Assembly (NCBI GenBank): GCA_965203295.1
Contig: CBDBCZ010000016.1
Location: forward strand, 1,376,001-1,440,000
Origin: Nitrospirales bacterium
Lineage (GTDB): Bacteria > Nitrospirota > Nitrospiria > Nitrospirales > UBA8639
Length of the DNA: 64,000 nucleotides
Direction of reading: 5' to 3'
Shown here: piece by piece, positions 27,155 to 37,587 of the stretch
Numbering within the stretch: the stretch's first letter is position 1
How the letters are laid out: every line of letters begins with the position of its first letter
The notes under the pieces: generated by a model
The model's database searches: none
What the model was told of the DNA's origin: nothing
What the model saw: only the letters and a program-made list of their open reading frames with translations
Translations under genes and position numbers: made by a program

Positions 27155-27911
27155 AATTAACAAAAAAAAACAATAAAACAGTCCACTGGTCAAATACAAC
27201 AATAATTATACTGTGGCAACAGTCTTGTGACGTGGCTACTGTACTTCATGATGGGGAGAAATTAGCAAGAAATAGAATTGTCATATTGACCGGTGGGTTA
27301 TTATTTGAGCTCCAAATGAGTGAGCACAGCGAAGCTAGAGCCCTGGGTAAGGAGATGTAGGAAGGATGGTCTCCGTAAACGCACTGCGCTGTGATTTGTA
27401 GATCTGTACATCATATTCTCTACGTAGCTAGGCTTATCCCTCCCCAGTAACGGGATGCACTAATCCGCATACATACCTTGAACAGTGGCCTTCTGGTACA
27501 AAGGAGCATTGGTGGGATTTATCGCTACATGGGACTTGAAATATCAGTGGAAGAATACAATGGAATTTAAGGTGATTTCTTTTTGCAACCACAGCACCCA
27601 AGTCTCAGTAACATTAAATGTAAAGCCATAATTATACTGTAACAATTCATGTGCTCCTGTGCAAAGAGAATTACAAAAATCTAAGTCATTCCAATGGTAT
27701 ATACATAGGAAGATCAAAACCAATCAAGCAAAAAAGGGTGTTTATGACTACATAAAAGAAAAAAATGCTTAGTTCTATTCCAAAAAATATATATACACCT
27801 TACAATTAGCAAAAGGCTTTCTGATACATTTATTGGTATTTATTGGTATATAACTGTGCATTACAGCTACATGTACATGTACAATAATATAAGCTACAGT
27901 GCAAAAAGGGA

Positions 27912-29732
27912 CTACACAGTGCCACTACTCTTCCTGTGGTTAAAGCGCTCCCCTCCAACGTACGTCTCCAGGACCTGAATAGTGTTATGAAGTTTCTCCG
28001 GATGGACGAGTTTAGGATTTGCAGACAACACCACCAGATCAGCAAGCTTCCCGACCTCCAAGCTACCGAGCTCTTTCTCACGCTTTAGCTGCCAAGCTGC
28101 GTTGATGGTGTAGGCCTTGAGTGCTTCATCAATCGTAGATGCATACTGAGGCCCCAGCTGGTGTTCAGGGTCCTTCCACATTCGACGGGTCACACACGTT
28201 TGCATCGAGAGGAAAGGAGTGATGGGGTTGCATGGGGAATCTTGATGGATGGTCCAGTGTTTCTGCCCACTCTTAGTTGCCAAATGTGTGGGAGCAAGTC
28301 GCTCGGCTCTGTCTTGCCCAATTATGTGATCTCGCAAGGCAGCACCATAGTAATAGATATGGTTGACGAACATGGTCACCGTCACCCCAAGCTGAGTCGC
28401 ACGCTGAAGCTGGTCTTCTGTGATGAGACAAGTATGGTCAAGACGGTAGCGGTGGTCGGAGTTTTCAGGATGTTTTCGGATGAGCTGTTCGTAGGCATCC
28501 AATGTTACCTCGATTGCCCTCTCCCCGTGACAGTGTGTGGCTATTAGCTCGTCATGAAATCGTTGTATCACCTTCGCTTGTTTTGTGGCCGCGTCGCTGT
28601 GACATTTACCGTCTTTTTCTGTTTTATCGTCGCAGTAAATAAGGTAGCCACATGGAAAATTCGTGAAGTCGAACTCCAGCCCTTTTTCTGTCATGTGGGA
28701 CCTCTTGTACGGTTCTGCAACTGCCATGCTACCAGCATAGGGCGATCCGTCAGCCCAGACTTTCACCCCCGGAAACCACAGTTTCTTGTTCGTGTAAAGG
28801 CTGGATGGTTTGTCGTATTTGGGAGTGTAGTAGAGTCCCATGCGGACTGGGCACTCAGGTAAATGAGTGATGAGAGACAGGAGCGGTAGAGTCTTCTCGT
28901 TAAGTGGCGTGGTACCCATGTCTGTAATTGTGGTAAATCCCTTCTTGGAGTATTGCCGGAGTCCATTGCAAAGCACCGGGAGAAACTTTGGCAACTCTGG
29001 TATGCGGGGCTTCGGCAATTTATCAAGAACGAGGTCGATAGCAGGGGGTTCCTTGAGCATGCCGGTTGGGTTTCCATCTTTGTCACGGACTATTACACCA
29101 CCATTGGGATCTTGGGTCCCACGATTAATGCCACATACTTCCAATCCTTTGGTATTCAACCATGCACTGTGCAATGCCTGGTTCAGGAGAAGTACTGGAT
29201 ACTCAGACGTGGCAAGGCTGTCAAGCGCCTTGGCATCCTTCAAAGGCGGCAGATCGAGGATGAGAGCAGGATCCCAGCCCTTGAAGAGCACCCATGGGAA
29301 GAACGGGTCAGCTGGCTTTGTTTTGTGCACTGCATCCTTGATGACCTTCTTGACTTCCGCGAACGAGTTGTATCGAAATCCGCTCAAGTCGGTGAAGATA
29401 GAAAGCCCAATAACCGCGCTAGGGTGTGTATGTGGCTCGATGAGTCCCGGCATAAGCGTCTCCGTGCCCGTCAGCTCGACGACGCGAGTGAAAAGCCCCT
29501 TCAGCTTGAAGATGTCGTCCTTTGTGCCGAGCGCCACGATCTTTTCTCCTTGCACCGCCAAAGCTTCGACCGTCGGGTTGCTGTCATCCATTGTGATGAT
29601 TGTACCCCCAGTGAAGATGAGGTCTGCGTGAACGGGGAGGGATTGATCGACCTCAGCACCTCGTCCTTCGGCAGCAGGGGTATCCGGATCCTCGGGTACG
29701 GTCTGCTCGCAGATGAAAGCCAAGTTCCCCAT
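27912..29732 (-). CDS. Metal-dependent amidohydrolase, amidohydrolase_3/YtcJ (NfdA-like) family; single exon, 606 aa
   Basis: ADLIFTGGTIITMD N-terminal strand, LMPGLIEPHTH (HxH), GVKVWADGS, HCHGE, RLDH, YTINAAWQL, GSLEVGKLADLVVLS, TYVGG. Confidence 0.92.
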   Translation of the reverse strand: MGNLAFICEQTVPEDPDTPAAEGRGAEVDQSLPVHADLIFTGGTIITMDDSNPTVEALAVQGEKIVALGTKDDIFKLKGLFTRVVELTGTETLMPGLIEPHTHPSAVIGLSIFTDLSGFRYNSFAEVKKVIKDAVHKTKPADPFFPWVLFKGWDPALILDLPPLKDAKALDSLATSEYPVLLLNQALHSAWLNTKGLEVCGINRGTQDPNGGVIVRDKDGNPTGMLKEPPAIDLVLDKLPKPRIPELPKFLPVLCNGLRQYSKKGFTTITDMGTTPLNEKTLPLLSLITHLPECPVRMGLYYTPKYDKPSSLYTNKKLWFPGVKVWADGSPYAGSMAVAEPYKRSHMTEKGLEFDFTNFPCGYLIYCDDKTEKDGKCHSDAATKQAKVIQRFHDELIATHCHGERAIEVTLDAYEQLIRKHPENSDHRYRLDHTCLITEDQLQRATQLGVTVTMFVNHIYYYGAALRDHIIGQDRAERLAPTHLATKSGQKHWTIHQDSPCNPITPFLSMQTCVTRRMWKDPEHQLGPQYASTIDEALKAYTINAAWQLKREKELGSLEVGKLADLVVLSANPKLVHPEKLHNTIQVLETYVGGERFNHRKSSGTV

Positions 29733-30007
29733 GTCGGATATAGGTAAACTAGCAAAGACTGAAGCGTATCGCTAATTATGCACCCCTTGCGGTGTTCAAA
29801 CCACGACAACTTGAATTGTAGTCCGGCGAAGCGAAGCGCGAGCCAGACTAGACAACTTGAACGTGCGTCAAAACTGTTGCAGTCTGTCCGTCAGTCGCAA
29901 TTTATAGCGTAGATGATTACGCCCATCCGGCGGAAACAACTCCGCCTACCTGGCGCGCGCTGGGAGAAGGTTCGAATAGACACTTTACCATTATGATGTA
30001 ATGGGAA

Positions 30008-30038
<31 letters not shown>

Positions 30039-30701
30039 AAAAGTAGGCAATAATTTAAAAATGGGAAATTTACATGCATGTTCTTGTGTAAACATGAAAG
30101 CACAAGAACTTTAGTGCGTCCTTTTACCCCCATTGCATCATAATAGTATAATAATATTATGGTCTATTCACAGGGATCTCCTTACCCCAACTCATGCATG
30201 CAGAGAGTCTCTGTATAGCTACTACTAGTTAACTCAGGCGTGGTCTCGAGTCTATTATTTCCCGTAGTGCAGGAGCATATAGGGTGTAGTTTAGTGTCAT
30301 TTAGCTATTGAATGTATGCAAATAGCCCATAAAAGTTAGTGCATATCAGCACCAGTTTGCACTCGCTGGGACCCGAGTTGTGCTAATATGTATATAAGCA
30401 TCGTCTATCTAGATCTACAGCTAAGACATGCAGGGAGAGAGAGACATGGCTAGACATCTGGATCATACAGGCTGACTGACATGTACAGAGGCTATATAGT
30501 CTCCTTCCCATGGCCCTCCTGTCGGAAAAGGCTGAAGGGGAGAAGGGAAGACTTACTGTTCTGTCATTCTAATACTTGGTATGATCATAAATTGTACACT
30601 GCAAAAAATGCCGAGTCGGAACAACTCACGTTCGCGTGTTGTTCGTTTGTCCCCGAAAATGGCACGGGGTGACGCGTGTCGATTATCGACACGCGTCCTG
30701 T

Positions 30702-30833
30702 GTTGCCTCAGCACGCGACAAGCGGTTATATCGACGCACGTACGTGTTGCCTTAGCATGCGACAAGCGGTTATATCGACGCACGTACGTGTTGCCTCAGC
30801 ATGCGACAAGCGGTTATATTGACGCACGTACGT
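30702..30833. repeat. 44 bp tandem repeat, 3 copies
   Basis: Unit GTTGCCTCAGCATGCGACAAGCGGTTATATCGACGCACGTACGT; preceded by palindrome GACGCGTGTCGATTATCGACACGCGTC (30671-30697). Confidence 0.9.
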
Positions 30834-31630
30834 CTGATTCATACTAGCAAGGATTGCCCTGAATATCTCCCATTATGGCTCCATAAGGCCAGAAATTGTA
30901 GCCAATTTGATACTTTGAAAGCAAGACTTGACCTGTATTAGAATGCTTGCTAGCCGCACCTACTAACACCTTTGATCCCCCGACCAATCATATTTCCTGA
31001 CTATTTGGCATGGTCTGAATCACAATAGCAAGATTAACCATCATAATATCTGAACCTGGTGCTCTAAGAGGATAGATTGCTTCTACCTTGAATAATAAGG
31101 ACAATAGGGGTAAATTACCAATTTTGCTGCCTCGTCAACACTAAAGCCTCAGACAATGTGATTTTCAAATCTGTTTCCTGGCTATTGGGCATGATCTGAT
31201 TCATACTAGCAAGGATTGCCCTGAATATCTCCCATTATGGCTCCATAAGGCCAGAAATTGTAGCCAATTTGATACTTTGAAAGCAAGACTTGACCTGTAT
31301 TAGAATGCTTGCTAGCCGCACCTACTAACACCTTTGATCCCCCGACCAATCATATTTCCTGACTATTTGGCATGGTCTGAATCACAATAGCAAGATTAAC
31401 CATCATAATTATCTGAACCTGGTGCTCTAAGAGGATAGATTTCTTCTACCTTGAATAATAATGACAATAGGGATGAATTACCATTTGCTGCCTCGTCAAC
31501 ACTAAAGCCTCAGTCAATGTGATTTTCAAAACTGTTTCCTGGCTATTGGGCATGATCTGATTCATACTAGCAAGGTTTGCCATGAATATCTCCCATTTTG
31601 GCTCCATAAGGCCAGGAATTATAGCCAATT
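30833..31630. repeat. ~361 bp tandem repeat, about 2.2 copies
   Basis: TCTGATTCATACTAGCAAGG starts at 30833, 31195 and 31556. Confidence 0.92.
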
Positions 31631-31658
31631 ACATGTAGGTAATTGTAGGTACTTCAAT

Positions 31659-31777
<119 letters not shown>

Positions 31778-32242
31778 TGCGCATCATAGTACAGTAACAG
31801 GTGACTGAATAGTGACTGTCATTAAGGGTGGTCACTGGTCGTGTGGCAGACATCTCTCCAAATTCTGATGTACACTCATTAGCAGTGTCTGTGTTTGGTT
31901 GCAGCGCTACAGCTATAGAATTATTGACTATCCTATAGCAATCCCAGCTCATTTTTAATTTTCAGCTTCTACTGCTGGGTCACCTTGCAGGGATCATCCT
32001 ACGTTTTGAATAAGATGAACTATTTTTCTTTTTTTGGTTTTGTATGTCATGTATGTACTAGCTTTCCAGATCAAAAACATCGCTATGGGTATGGAAGGGA
32101 GTGTGCAGGCACATGAGGCCTAGAGATTTTCATGGCAAGCATAATATAGCTAGTCTGGCCCGCGAGACTATATAGCTAAGTGAAATGCTGCGGAGCTAGC
32201 CCATCACATGTATACATGTACCTCAAATTCTCTTCCATGCAG

Positions 32243-32359
32243 TGGAATGGCACGAAGCGGAGGTGGCTACTCATACAATGTCAGGTGTCATGACTAGTGT
32301 CATATCTCTGGGACTGCTGACCAATCTGCTGAAGGAATCCCAGAAAGACTAGCTACCAG
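32243..32359 (+). pseudogene. Frameshifted relic of aminotransferase exon 7
   Basis: Matches 11974-12088 including the flanking splice sites, with small indels. Confidence 0.85.
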
Positions 32360-32490
32360 GTAAGCTGAGAGCAAAAAAAACCTTGGCCGAATTCAAGGAA
32401 ATTGGGCCACTTCTTCTTTACCCAGCCAACAACAAAACTTGTAGCTCTTTTGATACAACACAAAGAAAAACGCATTGTTTGAATTCCTGT

Positions 32491-33219
32491 TTAGAATTTT
32501 TCCGTCGGGGGTCTCAGATCCAACTCCTGGGTCCAGGCACTCCTTTTCTGCACATGGAGTTGCCAGTAAGTCTCAGCAATATCCTCAGGGTTGAGAAGAC
32601 CACCCTCTTCCTTCTTTTTAGCATACATCTCTGGGCGCATTCGCTGGAACCAATGCGTGTCAATTATGCCATCTATTATCACGTGGGCTACATGGATTCC
32701 CTGAGGACCCAGCTCACGGGCCATGGACTGAGAGAGAGCCTTAAGACCAAATTTGCCTGCAGCAAAAGCTGAAAAGCCTGCGCTTCCGCGCATGCTTGCT
32801 GTCGCCCCGGTGAATAAGATAGTACCCCTGCCACGCTTCTTCATGTACAGTGCTGCTTCACGCCCAGTCAAAAAACCGGCGAAACAGGTCGATTCCCAAG
32901 TCCTGCGGAAGTCCTCGGAAGATATTTCGTTGATTGGCCCCACCTTCATCCGGCTAACGTTGAACACGCACGCCTCGATCGGCCCGACCTCCTCCTCCAC
33001 CACACGGAACATGTCTTTAACTTGATCTTCTTGACTAGCATCGGTTCCGAAGGCCCTAGCTTTCCCGCCATTGGCCTGGATCTCTTTCACTAGTGGTTCC
33101 AGTTTTTCGACACTCCTTCGCGCGATACAGGCCGTAAAGCCTTCCCGAGCAAAACGTTTAGCAATTGCTCCACCGGTAGCATCTCCAGCACCCAACAGTA
33201 TGAGAGCTCTAGCTGCCAT
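32491..33219 (-). CDS. Short-chain dehydrogenase/reductase, atypical bacterial-type subgroup (SDR_c10-like), copy 1; single exon
   Basis: GAGDATGGAIA Rossmann motif, CVFNV, FTGATAS, FAAGK (FxxxK), IHVAHVIIDG, ELDLRP. Confidence 0.92.
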   Translation of the reverse strand: MAARALILLGAGDATGGAIAKRFAREGFTACIARRSVEKLEPLVKEIQANGGKARAFGTDASQEDQVKDMFRVVEEEVGPIEACVFNVSRMKVGPINEISSEDFRRTWESTCFAGFLTGREAALYMKKRGRGTILFTGATASMRGSAGFSAFAAGKFGLKALSQSMARELGPQGIHVAHVIIDGIIDTHWFQRMRPEMYAKKKEEGGLLNPEDIAETYWQLHVQKRSAWTQELDLRPPTEKF

Positions 33220-33416
33220 TATTTTATAGACTCGTGACTACACGTCCCGCCTTATTGACCACGCCCCGAGTACGAGCGCGCGGGAAAAGCTTATGCCTAA
33301 ACAATGAGGAACTACGTATAGCTACACCTACACTGCAGGGCTTGTACGTTTTACCCTGGACATTTAGCGCTAGCCCTCTACAGCTCAGTCCCTACACGCC
33401 ACACCAGGCAAACTAA

Positions 33417-33692
33417 CCCAGGAGTTGGAACTAAAGACCCTGGACGGAAAAATTCTAGTTATCATAATTTTGAAACAGGGATAATTTGGAATTATTAATT
33501 TTGAAACAGGAATAATTTTCATAATTATTAATTTTCACACAGTTAATAACTAAAATTTTTCTGTCCAGGGTCTCAGATCCAACTCCAGGGTCCAGGCACT
33601 CCTTTTCTACACATGGAGTAGCCAGTAAGACTCTGCAATATGCTCAGGGATGAGAAGACCACCCTGGTCCTTCTTTTTGGCGTACATCTCTC
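33417..33692. pseudogene. Two tail-to-tail relics of SDR 3' ends
   Basis: CCCAGGAGTTGG...GACCCTGGACGGAAAAATTCTAG on + (~33417-33458) and a longer degenerate SDR C-terminus on - (~33550-33692). Confidence 0.75.
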
Positions 33693-34086
33693 ATTATGAT
33701 CTCTGGACCGTCATTTGCTGCATGTCAATAAAAGAAAACAAGTCTTAGAGCAAGAGTAACCAATGGTTACACAGCTGATTGGTCTATTACAACTTCTTCC
33801 TAGTACCCCAAATTAGTATTAATACCAACATAATTATGCTCTTATTTAGCTAGCCAGTGACAAAATTATCAACTCTTTTGATATAACATGGCCAGGACGT
33901 ATGAGTAATTACGTACTAATTGTCAGAAATACCCATGCAGGTCTTATATACTAGAGTTAGAATGACTTAATATAGCCTAAGCTTGTAACATGTTTGGCAG
34001 TTCAATAGTTAATGAAATATCACTCACTTCAAGTTGTTTGCAATATTATAGAAATTCAATGATTGTAGTTTATCTTTCTTTAGCAA

Positions 34087-34228
34087 AACTTCCCCAACGG
34101 GAAAGTTTTTTGACCATGCGCACGTTTGACTCATGTCAGTTTCTCCTACTGTGATAAGGATGTGATTGCCACAGGAGCTGAAAGGCTGATGGGAGTCCTC
34201 GACAAAATCCATGCAGGCCGGGCAGTGA
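34087..34228 (+). pseudogene. Degenerate relic of aminotransferase exon 11
   Basis: Matches 13059-13185 with a mutated acceptor and insertions; followed by the same GTGGGAATCTTACTTTGAA 3' flank. Confidence 0.85.
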
Positions 34229-34436
34229 ACTGTTCATGATCAGCCGCTTATTTTCAGTGGGAATCTTACTTTGAAGGATATCAGTTATTTAATTTGTTAG
34301 TAGCTATACATGTATTACAAGGTGTTTTGAGGTCCAATCCATGCAAGACTCTCATCATGCATTGCTATTAAGGTAGCAAGGAAGAAAATAAGATTTTAAC
34401 AGTTACAAAAAAACAAAAAAAAAACGTTCTTCCTGT

Positions 34437-35168
34437 TTAGAATTTCTCCGTCCAAGGTCTCAGATCCAACTCCTGGGTCCAGGCACTCCTTTTCTGCACG
34501 TGGAGTTGCCAGTAAGACTCAGCAATATCCTCAGGGTTGAGAATACCACCCTGGTCCTTCTTTTTAGCATACATCTCTGGATACTTCTGCTGGAACCACT
34601 GCGTGTCAATTATACCATCTATGACCACGTGGGCTACATGAATGCCCTGAGGACCCAGCTCCCGGGCCATGGACTGAGAGAGAGCCCTCAGACCAAATTT
34701 TCCCGCAGCAAAAGCCGAAAAGCCTGAGCCTCCACGCATGCTTGCTGTCGCCCCAGTGAATAAGATTGTGCCCCTGCCACGCTTCTTCATGTACAGTGCT
34801 GCTTCACGCCCAGACAGAAAACCAGAGAAACAGGTCGATTCCCAAATCTTGCGGAAGTCATCGGAAGATATTTCGTTGATGGGCCCCACCTTCGTCATGT
34901 TGCCAACGTTAAACACGCACGCCTCGATCGGCCCGACCTCCTCCTCCACCACACGGAACATGTCTTTAACTTGATCTTCTTGACTAGCATCGGTTCCGAA
35001 GGCCCTAGCTTTCCCGCCATCAGCCTGGATCTCTTTCACTAGTGGTTCCAGTTTTTCGACACTCCTTCTCGCGACACAGGCCGTGAAGCCTTCCCGAGCA
35101 AAACGTTTGGCAATTGCTCCACCGGTGGCATCTCCAGCACCAAACAATATGAAAGCTCTAGCTGCCAT
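34437..35168 (-). CDS. SDR copy 2; single exon, 243 aa
   Basis: Start placed at MAARAFILFGAG by alignment with the paralogues; same motifs as copy 1. Confidence 0.92.
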   Translation of the reverse strand: MAARAFILFGAGDATGGAIAKRFAREGFTACVARRSVEKLEPLVKEIQADGGKARAFGTDASQEDQVKDMFRVVEEEVGPIEACVFNVGNMTKVGPINEISSDDFRKIWESTCFSGFLSGREAALYMKKRGRGTILFTGATASMRGGSGFSAFAAGKFGLRALSQSMARELGPQGIHVAHVVIDGIIDTQWFQQKYPEMYAKKKDQGGILNPEDIAESYWQLHVQKRSAWTQELDLRPWTEKF

Positions 35169-36318
35169 TATTTTTAAGTCTCGTGACCAGACATGCTTGT
35201 GTCGACGTCGACGTCCCGCCTTATTGACCACGCCCCGAGTATAAGTCTTATATATACATGTATGCGCTCGCGTGGGAGGCACATGGAATCCTATAAGGAA
35301 CTATGCACCTGCACTACAGGGCCTGTATGGTTTACCCTGGATACTATATAGTACATGCCACACCAAGCAAATTCTCATCTAGCTCGCTACGTAGCTAGCT
35401 ACCTCAAGGCTTGCTTGCGATAGGCACTGTGTTCCTGTCAGAAGTAGTAGTCATCAATGATCTGCAGGCTTTAGGAGGGATCCTGACATTGCAGTTGAGC
35501 TGGAAACTCTATAGTCTTATATATATAATGTTGTTGGTGGTGGTGGTGGTGTTAATTCTTTGGAGGAATTTGTTACTCAATTTTCCGAAGTCTTTCTTTC
35601 CTCTTTCATCTCCCTTCTGCCACCTACTAGTTTCTCACATTTGTGCTTTTTTTGTGTCTGATAATCCAATGGGCGCCTGTACTTACAAAAATAACATTGA
35701 TTCATCGATTGACAGCTATACATTCAGAACTTGCAAATGTTCTCTCTCACATCCGACATCTGTCTCAGTAACATGAACCGTTAACGTTGTACACTAATTT
35801 TGCTGCTCATGATCACAGCTACATGTAGCTATAGTGCAGATAATTATGCATGACTCACTCATTAAAAAAGCCTAATCACAATTAACCTATAGCTAACAAT
35901 TTATAACAATGCAAGTTCACGAGAGACATACATGGTTGCGTGGAAATAGCTATGTCCACAGATCTATAGACATAGGAAGGATGGTATCAGAGAGTTGCTT
36001 TCTTGGAATTGATACTACCTACACTAGCTGGTGTATATACATTGTATAGGTATATATATATATGTAATAGTAATTAAGATCATAATCCTAGCCTCAAGAT
36101 ATTGTTTGTTTTTTTTCCATTATCCTGACTAAATTCACTCCCATTATATTAATCGGACATGATACATGTACATTTGGTAATAGAATCCTGTGCACTGCTT
36201 ACCACTGCGCGCATGCACAGAATATTGAAGTCCACTATCCTAAATGTGCACTGATACCCCATACAGTATTTTAAGATTCTGACTATATCACCAGTGTGAG
36301 AACACAGCTGCATCATAT

Positions 36319-37117
36319 GAAGGGCTGAGAACCAGTGGTCTAATCCAAAATCAAGCATAGAAAATTGCATGAAATGCATAAAATGTGCTATGAGCGTATA
36401 ACTAAAAATCAATTTTGTAGATTGGACTACAGTCTGGTTCTCAGCCCGGGGGATACGAAATATCCCGGGGGATGCGAAATATCCCAAGGGATGCGAAATA
36501 TCCCGGGGGATACAAAATATTCTGGGGATGCGAAATATCCCGGGGGATGCGAAATATCCCGGGAATGCGAAATATCCCGGGGGATACAAAATATCCCGGG
36601 GATGCGAAATATCCCGGGGGATGCAAAATATCCCGGGGATGCGAAATATCCCAGGGATGCGAATTATCCCGGGGGATACAAATATCCTGGGGATGCGAAA
36701 TATCCCGGGGGATGCAAAATATCCCGGGGATGCGAAATATCCCGGGGGATGCGAAATATCCCGGGGGATGCGAAATATCCCAGGGGATGCGAAATATCCC
36801 GGGGATGCGAAATATCCCGGGGGATACAAAATATCCCAGCCCTGATATCTCAAAAAAATCTGTAATAACATTGGTTGTGCGAAATAACCCCGTGGATGCA
36901 ACATATATCGGGGGATGCGGAATATCTCGGGGGGGGTGCAAAATGAAGGGCTGAGAACCAGACTGTATAGTCCAATCCACAAAATTGAATTAACCCTCCA
37001 GAACTTAATGTGTTTCAGAAACTGCCCAAATTTTTAGTTATATGCTCATATATAGCACATTTTATGCAATTTCCTATGCTTGATTTTGGGTTAGACCACT
37101 ATGGTTCTCAGCCCTTC
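36319..37117. mobile_element. Sola1-like non-autonomous element with ATAT TSD enclosing a minisatellite
   Basis: GAAGGGCTGAGAACCA...TGGTTCTCAGCCCTTC; ATAT at 36315-36318 and 37118-37121; arms ~36319-36447 and ~36945-37117 are inverted copies. Confidence 0.85.
36445..36838. repeat. 18-19 bp minisatellite, about 21 units of CCCGGG(G)GATGCGAAATAT
   Basis: Units counted directly; no unique spacers. Confidence 0.95.
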
Positions 37118-37587
37118 ATATAATATAGTGACACTATAGAACAATGTTTAAAGATCTCAGATTGTAGACCATGACGTCGACTCTGTATATATGCAATAGT
37201 TCCACACCCATATGCATCCTATTACTTTCTTCATCCTGGCCACTTTATGCGCACAGCCTTCAGTTGACGTGTTCAGTATCATGTACACCAGATTTAGTCT
37301 GGGGACATGCTGCATATAAGCAATATACATAATTATATGAACCACACCTCTATAGCTATTCAAGACCATGCATGCATGCATCCCCTATATGCATCTGGAC
37401 TATTCAGATCCGGTCTGCTGCATATACCCAATGATTTTTTTAGATAACTATATAGAAAAACTTTAACTTTCCCCTAAGTAGCTACAAAAACAACAACAAT
37501 AACAACAAAAATGCAAACACTGAAAATTATTCCTGTTTGAAAAATTAAACTAGAATTTTTCCACCCAAGTTTCTTGTTCCTGTTTCA

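Noticed and set aside
29700..29732. N-myristoylation signal on the amidohydrolase (MGNLAF)
   Set aside because: Phe at position 6 fits the consensus poorly, so the evidence is too weak.
28161..29809. Long antisense and alternative-frame ORFs over the amidohydrolase (and similar ones over the SDRs, receptors and ACTMAP)
   Set aside because: These are shadow ORFs with no recognisable motifs.
36445..36838. CRISPR array
   Set aside because: The units are contiguous with no unique spacers, there are no cas genes, and the context is eukaryotic.
36149..36982. Repetitive ORFs (PGYFAS, GDAKYP) in several frames
   Set aside because: These are by-products of a stop-poor minisatellite inside a transposon.
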